A stretch of 62,652 nucleotides of DNA, from assembly GCA_031413595.1 (NCBI GenBank), contig JANOFJ010000150.1, positions 1 to 62,652 on the forward strand, written 5' to 3'. This document shows, piece by piece, positions 49,128 to 58,447 of this stretch. The stretch is from Novosphingobium sp. GTDB taxonomy: Bacteria; Pseudomonadota; Alphaproteobacteria; Sphingomonadales; Sphingomonadaceae. The notes under the pieces were generated by a model, which worked only from the letters and a program-made list of their open reading frames with translations, was not told the origin of the DNA and searched no databases. The translations under genes and the position numbers were made by a program. How positions within the stretch are numbered: position 1 is the stretch's first letter; each line of letters opens with the position of its first letter.

Positions 49128-50068
49128 CGCTCCCCAAACTTCATGTCGCAGTCCTTATGGGCGGCTGGTCCTCGGAACGGCCGGTGTCGCTGATGAGCGG
49201 CAATGGCGTTGCCGATGCGCTTGAGGCGCGCGGACACCGTGTGACCCGGATCGACATGGACCGCAACGTCGCGGCCCGGTTGACCGAGACCGCGCCCGAT
49301 GTGGTGTTCAATGCGCTCCACGGCACACCCGGCGAGGACGGCACGGTGCAGGGCATGATGGATCTGATGGGGCTGACCTACACCCACTCGGGCCTCGCCA
49401 CTTCGGTCATCGCGATCGACAAGGAGCTGACCAAGCAAGCGCTGGTTCCGCATGGCATTCCAATGCCAGGCGGGCGGATTGTCGAGACTGCGGAGCTTTA
49501 CGAGCGCGATCCGCTGGAGCGGCCCTATGTGCTCAAGCCGGTCAACGAAGGCTCTTCGGTTGGCGTCGCGATCGTGACGGCGGAAGGCAATTACGGCAAC
49601 CCGATCAGCCCGGAGGCCAAGGGACCGTGGCAGCAATTCCCCTCGCTGCTGGCCGAGCCCTTTATCCGCGGCCACGAACTGACCACCGCAGTGATCGTCG
49701 ACCGCGCGCTGATGGTTACCGAGCTCAAGCCCAAATCGGGCTTTTATGATTTCGACGCCAAATATACCGAGGGTATGACCGAGCATATCTGCCCCGCCCA
49801 AATCCCGGACGAGATTACCGAAGCCTGCAAGGATATCGCGCTAAGGGCACACCGGCTGCTGGGTTGCCGAGGAACCAGCCGCAGCGATTTCCGCTGGGAT
49901 GACCAGCGCGGTGTCGCAGGGCTGTTCCTGCTTGAGGTAAATACCCAGCCAGGCATGACCCCGCTCAGCCTGGTCCCCGAACAGGCGCGCCACCTTGGCA
50001 TGGATTATGGCGATCTGGTTGAGGCGATCATCGCGGACGCTCTGGCCCACAAGGAGGCCGCACCATGA
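49124..50068 (+). CDS. ddl: D-alanine--D-alanine ligase
   Basis: GGWSSER.VSL.SG, LHG..GEDG, EGSSVG, YDFDAKY, EVNTQPGMT; GTGA overlap with murB. Confidence 0.97.
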   Translation: MTLPKLHVAVLMGGWSSERPVSLMSGNGVADALEARGHRVTRIDMDRNVAARLTETAPDVVFNALHGTPGEDGTVQGMMDLMGLTYTHSGLATSVIAIDKELTKQALVPHGIPMPGGRIVETAELYERDPLERPYVLKPVNEGSSVGVAIVTAEGNYGNPISPEAKGPWQQFPSLLAEPFIRGHELTTAVIVDRALMVTELKPKSGFYDFDAKYTEGMTEHICPAQIPDEITEACKDIALRAHRLLGCRGTSRSDFRWDDQRGVAGLFLLEVNTQPGMTPLSLVPEQARHLGMDYGDLVEAIIADALAHKEAAP

Positions 50069-51012
50069 GCCAGAAGATCAAACGCGGCGGCAAAAGCGTT
50101 CGCAAGGTTGCAGCTGCGCAGGGCAAGGCCCGGACAGTGCGGACCGCAAGGGCGCGGACCGGCTCGGCCTTTGACAGCGTCATGGCCTGGATGCCGTTCA
50201 GCGAGGAACAGCTCCACCGGGTGTTCCTCGCCGCGATTCTGGGCGGAGCAGTGGCGCTGGCATGGATAGTCGCAAGTTTTGCCGGAGTGCCCGCGATGGC
50301 CGGGCAGCAGCTTGCAGTCTTCGCATCCGATGCCGGGTTCGAGGTCAAGCGGGTTGAAGTTCGCGGGGTCAAGCATATCAACGAACTCAAGGTCTACGAG
50401 CGCGTCCTGGGCCAGCGCGATCGGGCCATGCCGCTGGTCGATATCGATGGATTGCGCAGTGAATTGATGCAGCTTTCCTGGGTTGAAGATGCGCGCGTTT
50501 CGCGCCAGCTCCCCGATACGCTGGTGATCGATGTGGTTGAGCGCAAGCCCCATGCAGTGCTCAGGAAGGCTGATCGGATGGTGCTGATCGATGCCACGGG
50601 ACACGAGCTTGAAACAGTTACCGCGGCCCGGGCCAAAGGCAAGCTGGTCCTCTCCGGCCCCGGTGCGTCCAGGCAGGTGGTGGCACTCACCGATCTGTTG
50701 GGCGCGGCGCCAGCTCTGAAGCCGCAAGTGCGCGAGGCCGAATGGGTGGGCAATCGCCGCTGGAACCTGACTTTCAAGACCGGTCAGGTGCTTGCTCTGC
50801 CCGAAGGAGTGCGCCCTTCGAGCACCGCGCTGATGTCATTTGCCAGGCTGGACGGGATCAACCGCTTGCTGGGCGGGAAAGTTGCGGCCTTTGACATGCG
50901 CGCGTCCGATCGGATCTATTTCCGCGTCCCAGGCCGAACCGACCCGGTGGAACAACCCAAACCAAAGAGCAGCGAAACTGCGGCGCCCAACTCCAAGCAG
51001 GAGCAAAACTGA
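50065..51012 (+). CDS. ftsQ: cell division protein FtsQ
   Basis: basic N-terminus, one TM, POTRA (WV..A.VSR.LP.TL.I...ER), RRW.L, DMR. Confidence 0.93.
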   Translation: MSQKIKRGGKSVRKVAAAQGKARTVRTARARTGSAFDSVMAWMPFSEEQLHRVFLAAILGGAVALAWIVASFAGVPAMAGQQLAVFASDAGFEVKRVEVRGVKHINELKVYERVLGQRDRAMPLVDIDGLRSELMQLSWVEDARVSRQLPDTLVIDVVERKPHAVLRKADRMVLIDATGHELETVTAARAKGKLVLSGPGASRQVVALTDLLGAAPALKPQVREAEWVGNRRWNLTFKTGQVLALPEGVRPSSTALMSFARLDGINRLLGGKVAAFDMRASDRIYFRVPGRTDPVEQPKPKSSETAAPNSKQEQN

Positions 51013-52292
51013 TGGCCTCCCCGCGCATTACCCGCGTCATCGGCGCAGTAAACATCGGCTCTTTCCGGATTTCGGCGATGATTGCGGGGATTTCCGAAAC
51101 CGGCGAGATGATCGTTTTGGGTTCCGGTCACCGCGCGGCGCAAGGGATTAAGCGCGGCTACGTCACCGATATGCAAGCGGCGACCTACGCGGTACGCGAT
51201 GCGGTAGAACGCGCAGAGAAGATGGCCAACACTTCGGTCACCAGCGTGTGGATCGGCTGTTCGGGGGCGGGCCTCGCCAGTCAGATCGCGCAAGTTGAGG
51301 TTGATATCGGCGGCCGCCGGATCGAGGCAGACGATATTGAACATCTGCTTGTCGCAGGGCGCGATGTGATCCAGCCCGATGGACGAATGGTGCTGCATGC
51401 ACAGCCCGCCCATTATACGCTGGACGGAGCCAATGGCGTTTCCGATCCCAAAGGGCTTCATGCCGAACGGTTGGGCGTTGATATTCATGTCATGCTGGCT
51501 GATGGCGCGCCGGTGCGCAACATCACCGAAGCGGTCCAGAACGCGCATCTTGAGGTTGAGGCGGTGGTCGGCTCACCCATCGCAGCAGGCTTTGCCTGCC
51601 TCTCTGCGGAAGAGCGCGAACTGGGCGTGGCGCTGGTGGAATTCGGCGGCGAAGTCACAAATGTCGCAGTCTACGCCAACGGCATGTTGCTCGGGCTCAC
51701 GGCAATTCCGATGGGTTCGGGTGACATCACCGATGCGCTCGCCTCGGCATTTGGCATTCGCAGGTTCCAGGCCGAGCGGCTCAAATGCGTCCACGGTTCG
51801 GCGATTGCCAGCCCGACTGATCATCGCGAGATGATCCCGGTCAATGCTCCGGGCGAAGAGGGTTCGGGGCCAATAGCGCGCCACGGCGATGACAAGAATC
51901 GCATCCCTCGGGCCGAACTGATCTCGGTCATTACCACCCAGCTTGCGCTGTTGACCGAAGAGGTCGGTCGGGCGCTGAAGGCGATGGGCTTTGTCGGCCA
52001 GCGCGGCCAGCAAGTTGTGCTGACCGGCGGCGGAGCAGAACTGGCGGGCCTGGCCGACTATGCGCAAAGCGCACTTGGCAAGCCGGTTCGCATCGGGCGT
52101 CCGCCACAGCTCAAGGGCCTCCCTGATCCTCATGCAACTCCTGGATTTTCGACGCTGGCGGGGCTTGTCCTCTACGCCGCAGCGGATCCGGTCGATATCC
52201 GGGCGATCGGTCCGAGCTATCAGCCAACCATGCGCTATTCGGGCCTGGGCCTGATCACCAGAGTGTTTCGCGCGGCGAAGGAGTACTTCTGA
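51012..52292 (+). CDS. ftsA: cell division protein FtsA
   Basis: NIGS, GIKRG, E.ELG, AERLK..HG, VLTGGGA.L, C-terminal amphipathic helix. Confidence 0.95.
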   Translation: MASPRITRVIGAVNIGSFRISAMIAGISETGEMIVLGSGHRAAQGIKRGYVTDMQAATYAVRDAVERAEKMANTSVTSVWIGCSGAGLASQIAQVEVDIGGRRIEADDIEHLLVAGRDVIQPDGRMVLHAQPAHYTLDGANGVSDPKGLHAERLGVDIHVMLADGAPVRNITEAVQNAHLEVEAVVGSPIAAGFACLSAEERELGVALVEFGGEVTNVAVYANGMLLGLTAIPMGSGDITDALASAFGIRRFQAERLKCVHGSAIASPTDHREMIPVNAPGEEGSGPIARHGDDKNRIPRAELISVITTQLALLTEEVGRALKAMGFVGQRGQQVVLTGGGAELAGLADYAQSALGKPVRIGRPPQLKGLPDPHATPGFSTLAGLVLYAAADPVDIRAIGPSYQPTMRYSGLGLITRVFRAAKEYF

Positions 52293-52315
52293 TCCGCAGT
52301 ATTGCTACAGCGGGC

Positions 52316-52377
52316 TGTGGACAAAGGTTAGTTTGGCTTTGATTCGGCGATTCGAACGGTGCAAACACCGTGTTAAC
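52316..52377 (+). promoter_or_regulatory. ftsZ upstream region: DnaA-box-like, two GANTC, CtrA-like site
   Basis: TGTGGACAA 52316-52324; GATTC 52341 and 52349; CAAA-N7-TTAAC 52362-52377. Confidence 0.55.
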
Positions 52378-52415
52378 TGTAAATCTATCATTTGAGTGCC
52401 TGCCAGGAGAGCGCC

Positions 52416-54008
52416 ATGAGCATCAATATCGGACCGCCTGCTGTGGAGGAACTCCGTCCGCGCATCACTGTGATTGGCGTCGGCGGGGCAGGCGGAAATG
52501 CGATTGCCAACATGATCGGCGCAGGGATTGAAGGAGTCGATTTTATCGTCTCCAACACCGATGCTCAGGCGCTGAACAACTCGGTTGCAGAAAACCGGAT
52601 CCAGCTTGGTCCGGATATTACCCAGGGCCTCGGTGCCGGATCGCGCCCCGAAGTGGGCCGCGCGGCGGCAGAAGAAACCCTGCTTGAGCTCGAGCGAGCG
52701 CTGGAAGGCGTGCATATGTGCTTTATCGCAGCCGGCATGGGCGGCGGCACAGGCACTGGCGCAGCCCCGGTCATCGCCAAAGCGGCGCGTGACAAGGGTG
52801 TGCTGACCGTGGGTGTTGTCACCAAACCGTTCCTGTTCGAAGGCACACGCCGGATGCGTGCGGCCGAAGCCGGGATCGAGGAGTTGCAGAAGCACGTCGA
52901 TACGCTGATCGTGATTCCCAACCAGAACCTATTCCTGGTGGCGAAGGCCGACACCACTTTCAAGGAAGCATTCAAGCTGGCGGATGAAGTGCTGCAACAA
53001 GGCGTCCGCTCGATCACCGATCTGATGGTCATGCCTGGCCTCAACAACCTCGATTTCGCAGACGTCCGGTCAGTGATGGGCGAAATGGGCAAGGCGATGA
53101 TGGGCACGGGCGAGGGCAGCGGCGAAAACCGAGCACTCGAAGCGGCCGAACGCGCCATTGCCAACCCACTGCTGGACGGCGTTTCGATGCAGGGCGCCAA
53201 GGGGGTGATCATCTCGATCATCGGCGGCGACGATATGCGGCTGCTCGAAGTCGATGAAGCCGCCAATCACATCCGCGAACTGGTCGATCCCAACGCGAAC
53301 ATAATCTGGGGCTCGGCTTTCAATCCCGATCTGCAGGGCAAGATCCGTGTCTCGGTGGTCGCCACCGGGATCGAACAGACTGCGAGCATGGCCGAGGAGG
53401 CTGCAAGGCCGTTCAACATCGGCAATTCGCGAGGTCCTTCGCTACCCTCCTTTGCTCCCGCTGCCGAACCGGAGCCGCTGTTTGAGCGGGCTGCTACATC
53501 GGGCGAGCCTGATGCCGCCGCGGCGGCAGAACCAGTTGCTGCCGATGCTCTGGAATTGGACGAAGAGGCCGGGCAGTCAGAATATGCGGCGAGCGCCAGC
53601 ACTGCGGGATACGATGCTCAAGACGAAGCCGATGTTGGCAGCTCGTCCAACGACCTGCTTGATCTTGAGGTTGAAGCCGAAGCCATATCAGACGACCAGA
53701 AATCCGGCGAAGATACCGGTGGCAGCGATGAATTGCTGCTTGATGCTTCGCGACTGGCTGAAGAAGACGAACCAGGCTCCGAGGCAATGTATGGTCGTCG
53801 CCGCGGACTGCTTGCCAGCTCGGATGAAGATGCTGCGCCGGCGGCGCGCAATCCTTCTGGCGCCGGTAGCACCCTGTTCGAGCGAATGGCCAACCTCTCA
53901 CGTGGCGGCAAGACCGCCGCTGACGAGGAAGAAGAGGGCGAAGATGATGCAGACGAGGGTTCGTCGATCAGTATTCCTCGCTTCCTTGGCCGTCAGAACA
54001 ACCAGTAG
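52416..54008 (+). CDS. ftsZ: cell division protein FtsZ with long acidic linker
   Basis: [22 protein letters not shown]-terminal IPRFL; ATG behind AGGAG. Confidence 0.98.
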   Translation: MSINIGPPAVEELRPRITVIGVGGAGGNAIANMIGAGIEGVDFIVSNTDAQALNNSVAENRIQLGPDITQGLGAGSRPEVGRAAAEETLLELERALEGVHMCFIAAGMGGGTGTGAAPVIAKAARDKGVLTVGVVTKPFLFEGTRRMRAAEAGIEELQKHVDTLIVIPNQNLFLVAKADTTFKEAFKLADEVLQQGVRSITDLMVMPGLNNLDFADVRSVMGEMGKAMMGTGEGSGENRALEAAERAIANPLLDGVSMQGAKGVIISIIGGDDMRLLEVDEAANHIRELVDPNANIIWGSAFNPDLQGKIRVSVVATGIEQTASMAEEAARPFNIGNSRGPSLPSFAPAAEPEPLFERAATSGEPDAAAAAEPVAADALELDEEAGQSEYAASASTAGYDAQDEADVGSSSNDLLDLEVEAEAISDDQKSGEDTGGSDELLLDASRLAEEDEPGSEAMYGRRRGLLASSDEDAAPAARNPSGAGSTLFERMANLSRGGKTAADEEEEGEDDADEGSSISIPRFLGRQNNQ

Positions 54009-54016
54009 TAAGTCCG

Positions 54017-54057
54017 ACCTGTGCGAATGGCCCTGCAAAGGGCTGTTCGACCCAGGT
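54017..54057 (+). terminator. stem-loop after ftsZ without a U-tract (stability or termination element)
   Basis: CGAATGGCCC/GGGCTGTTCG stem with outer ACCTG/CAGGT. Confidence 0.4.
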
Positions 54058-54137
54058 TAAGCTGGACCCGCTAGACCAGTGATGCGCAGAACGCGTCCGT
54101 TCCGCCGGGTGGGCGGCAGTATCGACAGGCCTTGATC

Positions 54138-55970
54138 ATGTCCGCAGTCCGCTCTGCCATGTCCAATCGATTACGCATTGCGCTTGCAGGTGCGGCAGGG
54201 CTGGTCTTGGCAGCAACTGGGCAAGCCAAGGCGCAGGTCGACGATATTGATGAGGTTTCCAGCCCCGTAGTGCAGCAAATTCCGGCGCAGGGAAGCATGA
54301 AGCTGAACGCTGCGCTTGGCCGGCTAGGGCGCAATCCACGCGATGTCCCGGCACTTATCGATGCTGGGATAGCAGCGCTCGAAATGGGAGACGTCGATGC
54401 GGCGGTCGGCTTCTATCAGCGCGCCGATACGCTTTCCCCCGGCAATTCGCAGGTTAAGGCGGGGCTGGCCGGGGCCTATGTTCGCAACGGCGATCCCTTC
54501 CCAGCGATCCCCTTATTTGCTGAGGCCGCAGCGTCAGGACCGATCCAGCCGATGTTGCTGGCCGAGCGCGGCCTTGCCTATGATCTGGTTGGCGACAACG
54601 AAACGGCGCAGCGGTACTACCGTGAATCGCTGGCTTCGGGTCCCAACGATGAAGCAACCCGGCGACTGGCGTTGAGCCAGGCGATCAGCGGGGATCGCCG
54701 CGGGATGGAAACCACGCTCGCCCCATTGCTCCAGCGGCAAGACAAGGCTGCCTGGCGAATTCGTGCCTTTTCATTCGCCATCCTGGGTCTGGCGGATGAG
54801 GCAGAAGCGATTGCCCGCTCGGTTATGCCGGCAGACCTTGCTGCTGCTATCACCCCCTATCTGAGATATATGTCCCGATTGACCCCAGCGCAGCAGGCTG
54901 CTGCGGCCAATTCCGGTCAATTTCCGCGCGCTGCAGAGATTGGTCTCGATGATCCGCGCGTTGCCAATTATTCCAAACCGCGCCGCAATCTGGCCGCAAC
55001 AGAGCGGTCGTTGGTTCCGTCCGGGCAACCGATGGGCCGAGATGGCAAGCAGCGGAATTCGTCGGCGAGTTCGCGGAGTGAACGCAAACAACAGGCCGAG
55101 GCTGCGTCGGTTCCTGTTCGGGCGGCCGCGCCGCCTGTACCCGCTCCCACCCGTGAGGTGACCAGGGATCCAGTTCAAATGGCGGCTAACACCGCCAAAC
55201 CCGCTCTGATTCCAACGTCTGTCGCTGCGTCACCCGCGGTCAAGCCGCCAACTGCAAGGTCTCCCGCCGCAACCCCGCCCAGTTCGCCCGCTGCGGGGCG
55301 AACCCCTGCTGCAACGCCGCCTGCTCCGCCCGAGATCGCGCTTGATCGAGCAGCTTCCAAGCCAGCAGATGCAACGCCTGGCATCAGCGCCTTTGATCTG
55401 GCCCAGGTCAGTCCCGCACCGCCGCCCGCGTCCACGCCGTCCGCCGCCAAACTGCCGGTTGAGGCACCACCAGTCAGGTCGCGCAGTCTTGCAGATGTCT
55501 TTGCCGATCTTGGAACACCTAGCCGCGAGGCGGTGCCGGTGGCCGGTGCAGTCGACATGCGCCGGATTGCGCCAAGCCGGGCCGCAACCGATCCCAAAGA
55601 CCTGCCGGTTTGCAAGCCCGGCGTGACTGGCAAGGCCGGGGTTGAAAAGGCTGGAGCGAATTGCAAGGCAGCCACGCCGCCGCCGCCCAGTCACCCCAGC
55701 CGGATCTGGGTGCAGCTGGCCGCGGGGCGCGACAAGCGGGCGCTTGGCTTTGATTGGCGCAAGTTGACCCGCGAAGAGGCCGCGGTGCTCCGGAACCGCA
55801 AGGGCTACACCAGCGCCTGGGGCCAGACCAATCGGTTGCTGACCGGACCATTCGAAAGTGAAGCGGCTGCAAATGCCTTCAATGCGCAATTGCGACGTGC
55901 CGGAATGAGCGGAAGCTTTGTCTGGACCAGTCCGGCAGGGCAAATTGTCGATGCACTGGCCGCAAAATGA
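54138..55970 (+). CDS. exported TPR + Pro/Ala linker + SPOR domain protein
   Basis: signal peptide, TPR-like helices (RGLAYDLVGD..AQ..Y), long Pro/Ala linker, WVQLAAG..RLLTGPF.S..AA..F; start 54138 or 54159. Confidence 0.83.
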   Translation: MSAVRSAMSNRLRIALAGAAGLVLAATGQAKAQVDDIDEVSSPVVQQIPAQGSMKLNAALGRLGRNPRDVPALIDAGIAALEMGDVDAAVGFYQRADTLSPGNSQVKAGLAGAYVRNGDPFPAIPLFAEAAASGPIQPMLLAERGLAYDLVGDNETAQRYYRESLASGPNDEATRRLALSQAISGDRRGMETTLAPLLQRQDKAAWRIRAFSFAILGLADEAEAIARSVMPADLAAAITPYLRYMSRLTPAQQAAAANSGQFPRAAEIGLDDPRVANYSKPRRNLAATERSLVPSGQPMGRDGKQRNSSASSRSERKQQAEAASVPVRAAAPPVPAPTREVTRDPVQMAANTAKPALIPTSVAASPAVKPPTARSPAATPPSSPAAGRTPAATPPAPPEIALDRAASKPADATPGISAFDLAQVSPAPPPASTPSAAKLPVEAPPVRSRSLADVFADLGTPSREAVPVAGAVDMRRIAPSRAATDPKDLPVCKPGVTGKAGVEKAGANCKAATPPPPSHPSRIWVQLAAGRDKRALGFDWRKLTREEAAVLRNRKGYTSAWGQTNRLLTGPFESEAAANAFNAQLRRAGMSGSFVWTSPAGQIVDALAAK

Positions 55971-56108
55971 AGCTGAACACAGCTTTTCCACACTTTGTGA
56001 ACAGGCTTGTCGAGTTTTGCGCAACCGCGCGTTAACTCTCCATTGTCGGGAGCACGTCTGCCGACGCATTCAGACCCTTAAGTCGCAAGTAGAGGCGGAA
56101 CGGGTTCG

Positions 56109-56615
56109 ATGATGACAGGCAACCGCGAAATCGATCGGGATGACGACGCCGCGCCCGTCGACATGCTCGCCTCATTGTTCGAGGCGCGCGGCTGGCCGTG
56201 CGAATATGTGGGTGAGGACGAGGTTTCGGGAGAAATCCAGGGCAGTTGGGCGAACTATACCGTGCGCGGTATCTGGCGGCGCGAAGATCATGTCCTCCAG
56301 CTGCTGTGCCTGCCCGATATCCGCGTGCCTGATGATAAGCGCGCGGCGATGTTCGAAGTACTGGCGCTGGTGAACGAACAGCTGTGGGTCGGTCATTTCG
56401 ATGTGTGGTCCAGCGGCGGGGTACTCCTCTACCGCCACGGGCTCATGCTGGGCGATGATGGCTTGCTGAGCCTGGCGCAGGCGCAAGCCGCAGTTGAAGC
56501 TGCTGTCGACGAGTGTGACCGGTTCTACCCGGCATTTCAGTTTATCCTTTGGGGTGACAAGACCCCGGCTGAGGCTCTGGCCAGTGCGCTGGTTGACGCA
56601 GCCGGGGAAGCCTGA
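56109..56615 (+). CDS. YbjN-domain protein
   Basis: G.W..Y, NEQLWVGHFD.W, ECDRFYPAFQF; usual position upstream of proC. Confidence 0.8.
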   Translation: MMTGNREIDRDDDAAPVDMLASLFEARGWPCEYVGEDEVSGEIQGSWANYTVRGIWRREDHVLQLLCLPDIRVPDDKRAAMFEVLALVNEQLWVGHFDVWSSGGVLLYRHGLMLGDDGLLSLAQAQAAVEAAVDECDRFYPAFQFILWGDKTPAEALASALVDAAGEA

Positions 56616-56619
56616 CGCA

Positions 56620-57423
56620 ATGAATGTTTGGCCCACCTCGCTGCTGCTTGTCGGGTGTGGCAATATGGGCGGGGCGATGCTGGCCGGATGGCTGTCTGGC
56701 GGAATGGATCCGGCGCACTTCACGGTAGTCGATCCGCAGTTGAACGAGGTGCCAGCAGGGGTTTCCTTGTTGCGCGAGCTACCGCTTGGCCCATTTGATG
56801 CGGTGTTGCTGGGGATCAAGCCGCAACTGCTGGATCAGATCGCTTCGGACCTCGAACCGTTGATCGGGCCCGCAACAGTTTTGGTTTCCATTCTTGCGGG
56901 GGTTGAGCTGGAGAGCCTTGCCGTGCGTTTTCCGCGGGCAACCGGGCTGGTCCGGGTTGTCCCGAATCTGGCGGCAGCGATCGGTAAATCGCCAGTTGCG
57001 CTGATTTCGCGCGGGCTTGCTACGGCCAAAAAGGAATCCGTTGACGCGCTGATGACCCCGCTCGGCACGCCCGAATGGCTAAGTGACGAGACCCAGTTCG
57101 ATCTTGTCACGGCACTGATTGGCTCTGGCCCTGCCTTTGTTTATCGCTTTATCGATGCGCTGGCACAGGGTGCAACCGCATTGGGACTGACGTCTGAACA
57201 GGCTGAAAGGTTGGCGGTGGCGATGGTCGAAGGGGCAGGGGCTTTGGCCGCCGCATCGCCGCATTCACCTGCAGACCTTGCCCGCCGGGTGGCAAGTCCC
57301 GGCGGTATGACGCAAGTCGGGCTGGACGTGCTTGATGCCGATTCTGCCTTCGCGTTGATGGTTAAGGCTGCGCTAAGCGGTGCGGCGGCCCGCAGCGCCG
57401 AAATGGCCCGCGCCGCGCGCTGA
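56620..57423 (+). CDS. proC: pyrroline-5-carboxylate reductase
   Basis: GCGNMG, KPQ, SILAG, RV.PN, TAL.GSGPAF, VASPGG.T. Confidence 0.95.
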   Translation: MNVWPTSLLLVGCGNMGGAMLAGWLSGGMDPAHFTVVDPQLNEVPAGVSLLRELPLGPFDAVLLGIKPQLLDQIASDLEPLIGPATVLVSILAGVELESLAVRFPRATGLVRVVPNLAAAIGKSPVALISRGLATAKKESVDALMTPLGTPEWLSDETQFDLVTALIGSGPAFVYRFIDALAQGATALGLTSEQAERLAVAMVEGAGALAAASPHSPADLARRVASPGGMTQVGLDVLDADSAFALMVKAALSGAAARSAEMARAAR

Positions 57424-57455
57424 TACAATTCGCGACAGGCGCTTGTTCGGTTTTA

Positions 57456-57484
57456 CTTGAAACCTGCGCCCAGACATCCGATAT
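57456..57484 (+). promoter_or_regulatory. RpoH (sigma32)-type promoter
   Basis: CTTGAA-N16-CCGATAT upstream of the BI-1/YccA gene. Confidence 0.7.
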
Positions 57485-57538
57485 TCGAAAAATCCGCCTC
57501 ACTATGAAGTTGGGGCGAGAGAAGGAGTTAGACGCATC

Positions 57539-58285
57539 ATGGCCAATTGGAATGACCCCCAACCCACCAAAACGGGTTTCGGCGCGGCTCCGAGCTTGAA
57601 TGGCGAGGTAATCGGCTCGGCTGGCACGTATGATATGGGCCTGCGCCGCCACATGCTTTCGATTTACAACTATATGTCCTCGGGCGTGCTGCTTTCAGGC
57701 ATCGTCGCGCTCCTGTTTGCCAGCTCGGGCATGGCCGCGCAGATCATTGGCGGACCGCTTTGGTTCGTCATAGCGCTGTCACCGATCGGCTTCGTGTTGG
57801 CCATGAGCTTTGGCCAGAATAAGTTTAGCACGCCTGCCCTCCAGATGATGTTCTGGGGTTTTGCGATTATGATGGGTCTCTCGCTCTCAACGATCTTCTT
57901 GCGCTACACCGGCGCGTCGATTGCGACTACATTCTTTGCCACGGCGGGCGCTTTTGCGGGACTTAGCCTGTTCGGCTACACCACCAAGAAGAACCTTACG
58001 GCGATGGGTTCGTTCATGATCATGGGAATGTTTGGCATCCTCATTGCGATGGTGATCAACATCTTCCTTCAGTCGAGCGGACTGTCGATGGCCATTTCGA
58101 TCCTCGGGGTGTTGATTTTCGCTGGGCTGACCGCCTACGACACGCAGCGCCTCAAGAACCAGTATTACGAGGTTCAGGGCACTGATTTCGCCGGCAAGGC
58201 AATCGTGCTTGGCGCGCTGACGCTCTACCTCGATTTCATCAACATGTTCCAGTTCCTGCTCAGTTTCCTCGGCAATCGCGAGTAA
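57539..58285 (+). CDS. Bax inhibitor-1/YccA family membrane protein
   Basis: about 7 TM, GYTTKKNL, AYDTQRLK, ALTLYLDFINMF; AAGGAG SD. Confidence 0.93.
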   Translation: MANWNDPQPTKTGFGAAPSLNGEVIGSAGTYDMGLRRHMLSIYNYMSSGVLLSGIVALLFASSGMAAQIIGGPLWFVIALSPIGFVLAMSFGQNKFSTPALQMMFWGFAIMMGLSLSTIFLRYTGASIATTFFATAGAFAGLSLFGYTTKKNLTAMGSFMIMGMFGILIAMVINIFLQSSGLSMAISILGVLIFAGLTAYDTQRLKNQYYEVQGTDFAGKAIVLGALTLYLDFINMFQFLLSFLGNRE

Positions 58286-58312
58286 GTCTTCGCCCCAGCA
58301 GGGCAACCATCG

Positions 58313-58350
58313 TGCCCGGCGTTCCTTCTGGCGCGCCGGGCATTTTATTT
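58313..58350 (+). terminator. rho-independent terminator
   Basis: TGCCCGGCG...CGCCGGGCA followed by TTTTATTT. Confidence 0.85.
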
Positions 58351-58447
58351 GCAGCGGATTAGGGTTAGTGCGCACGGCTTAATCGCCGGGACAGCTGCCG
58401 GCAGATATGGTGTGCGGCTTAAGCCATCGCAGAAAGTGGGACAGAAT

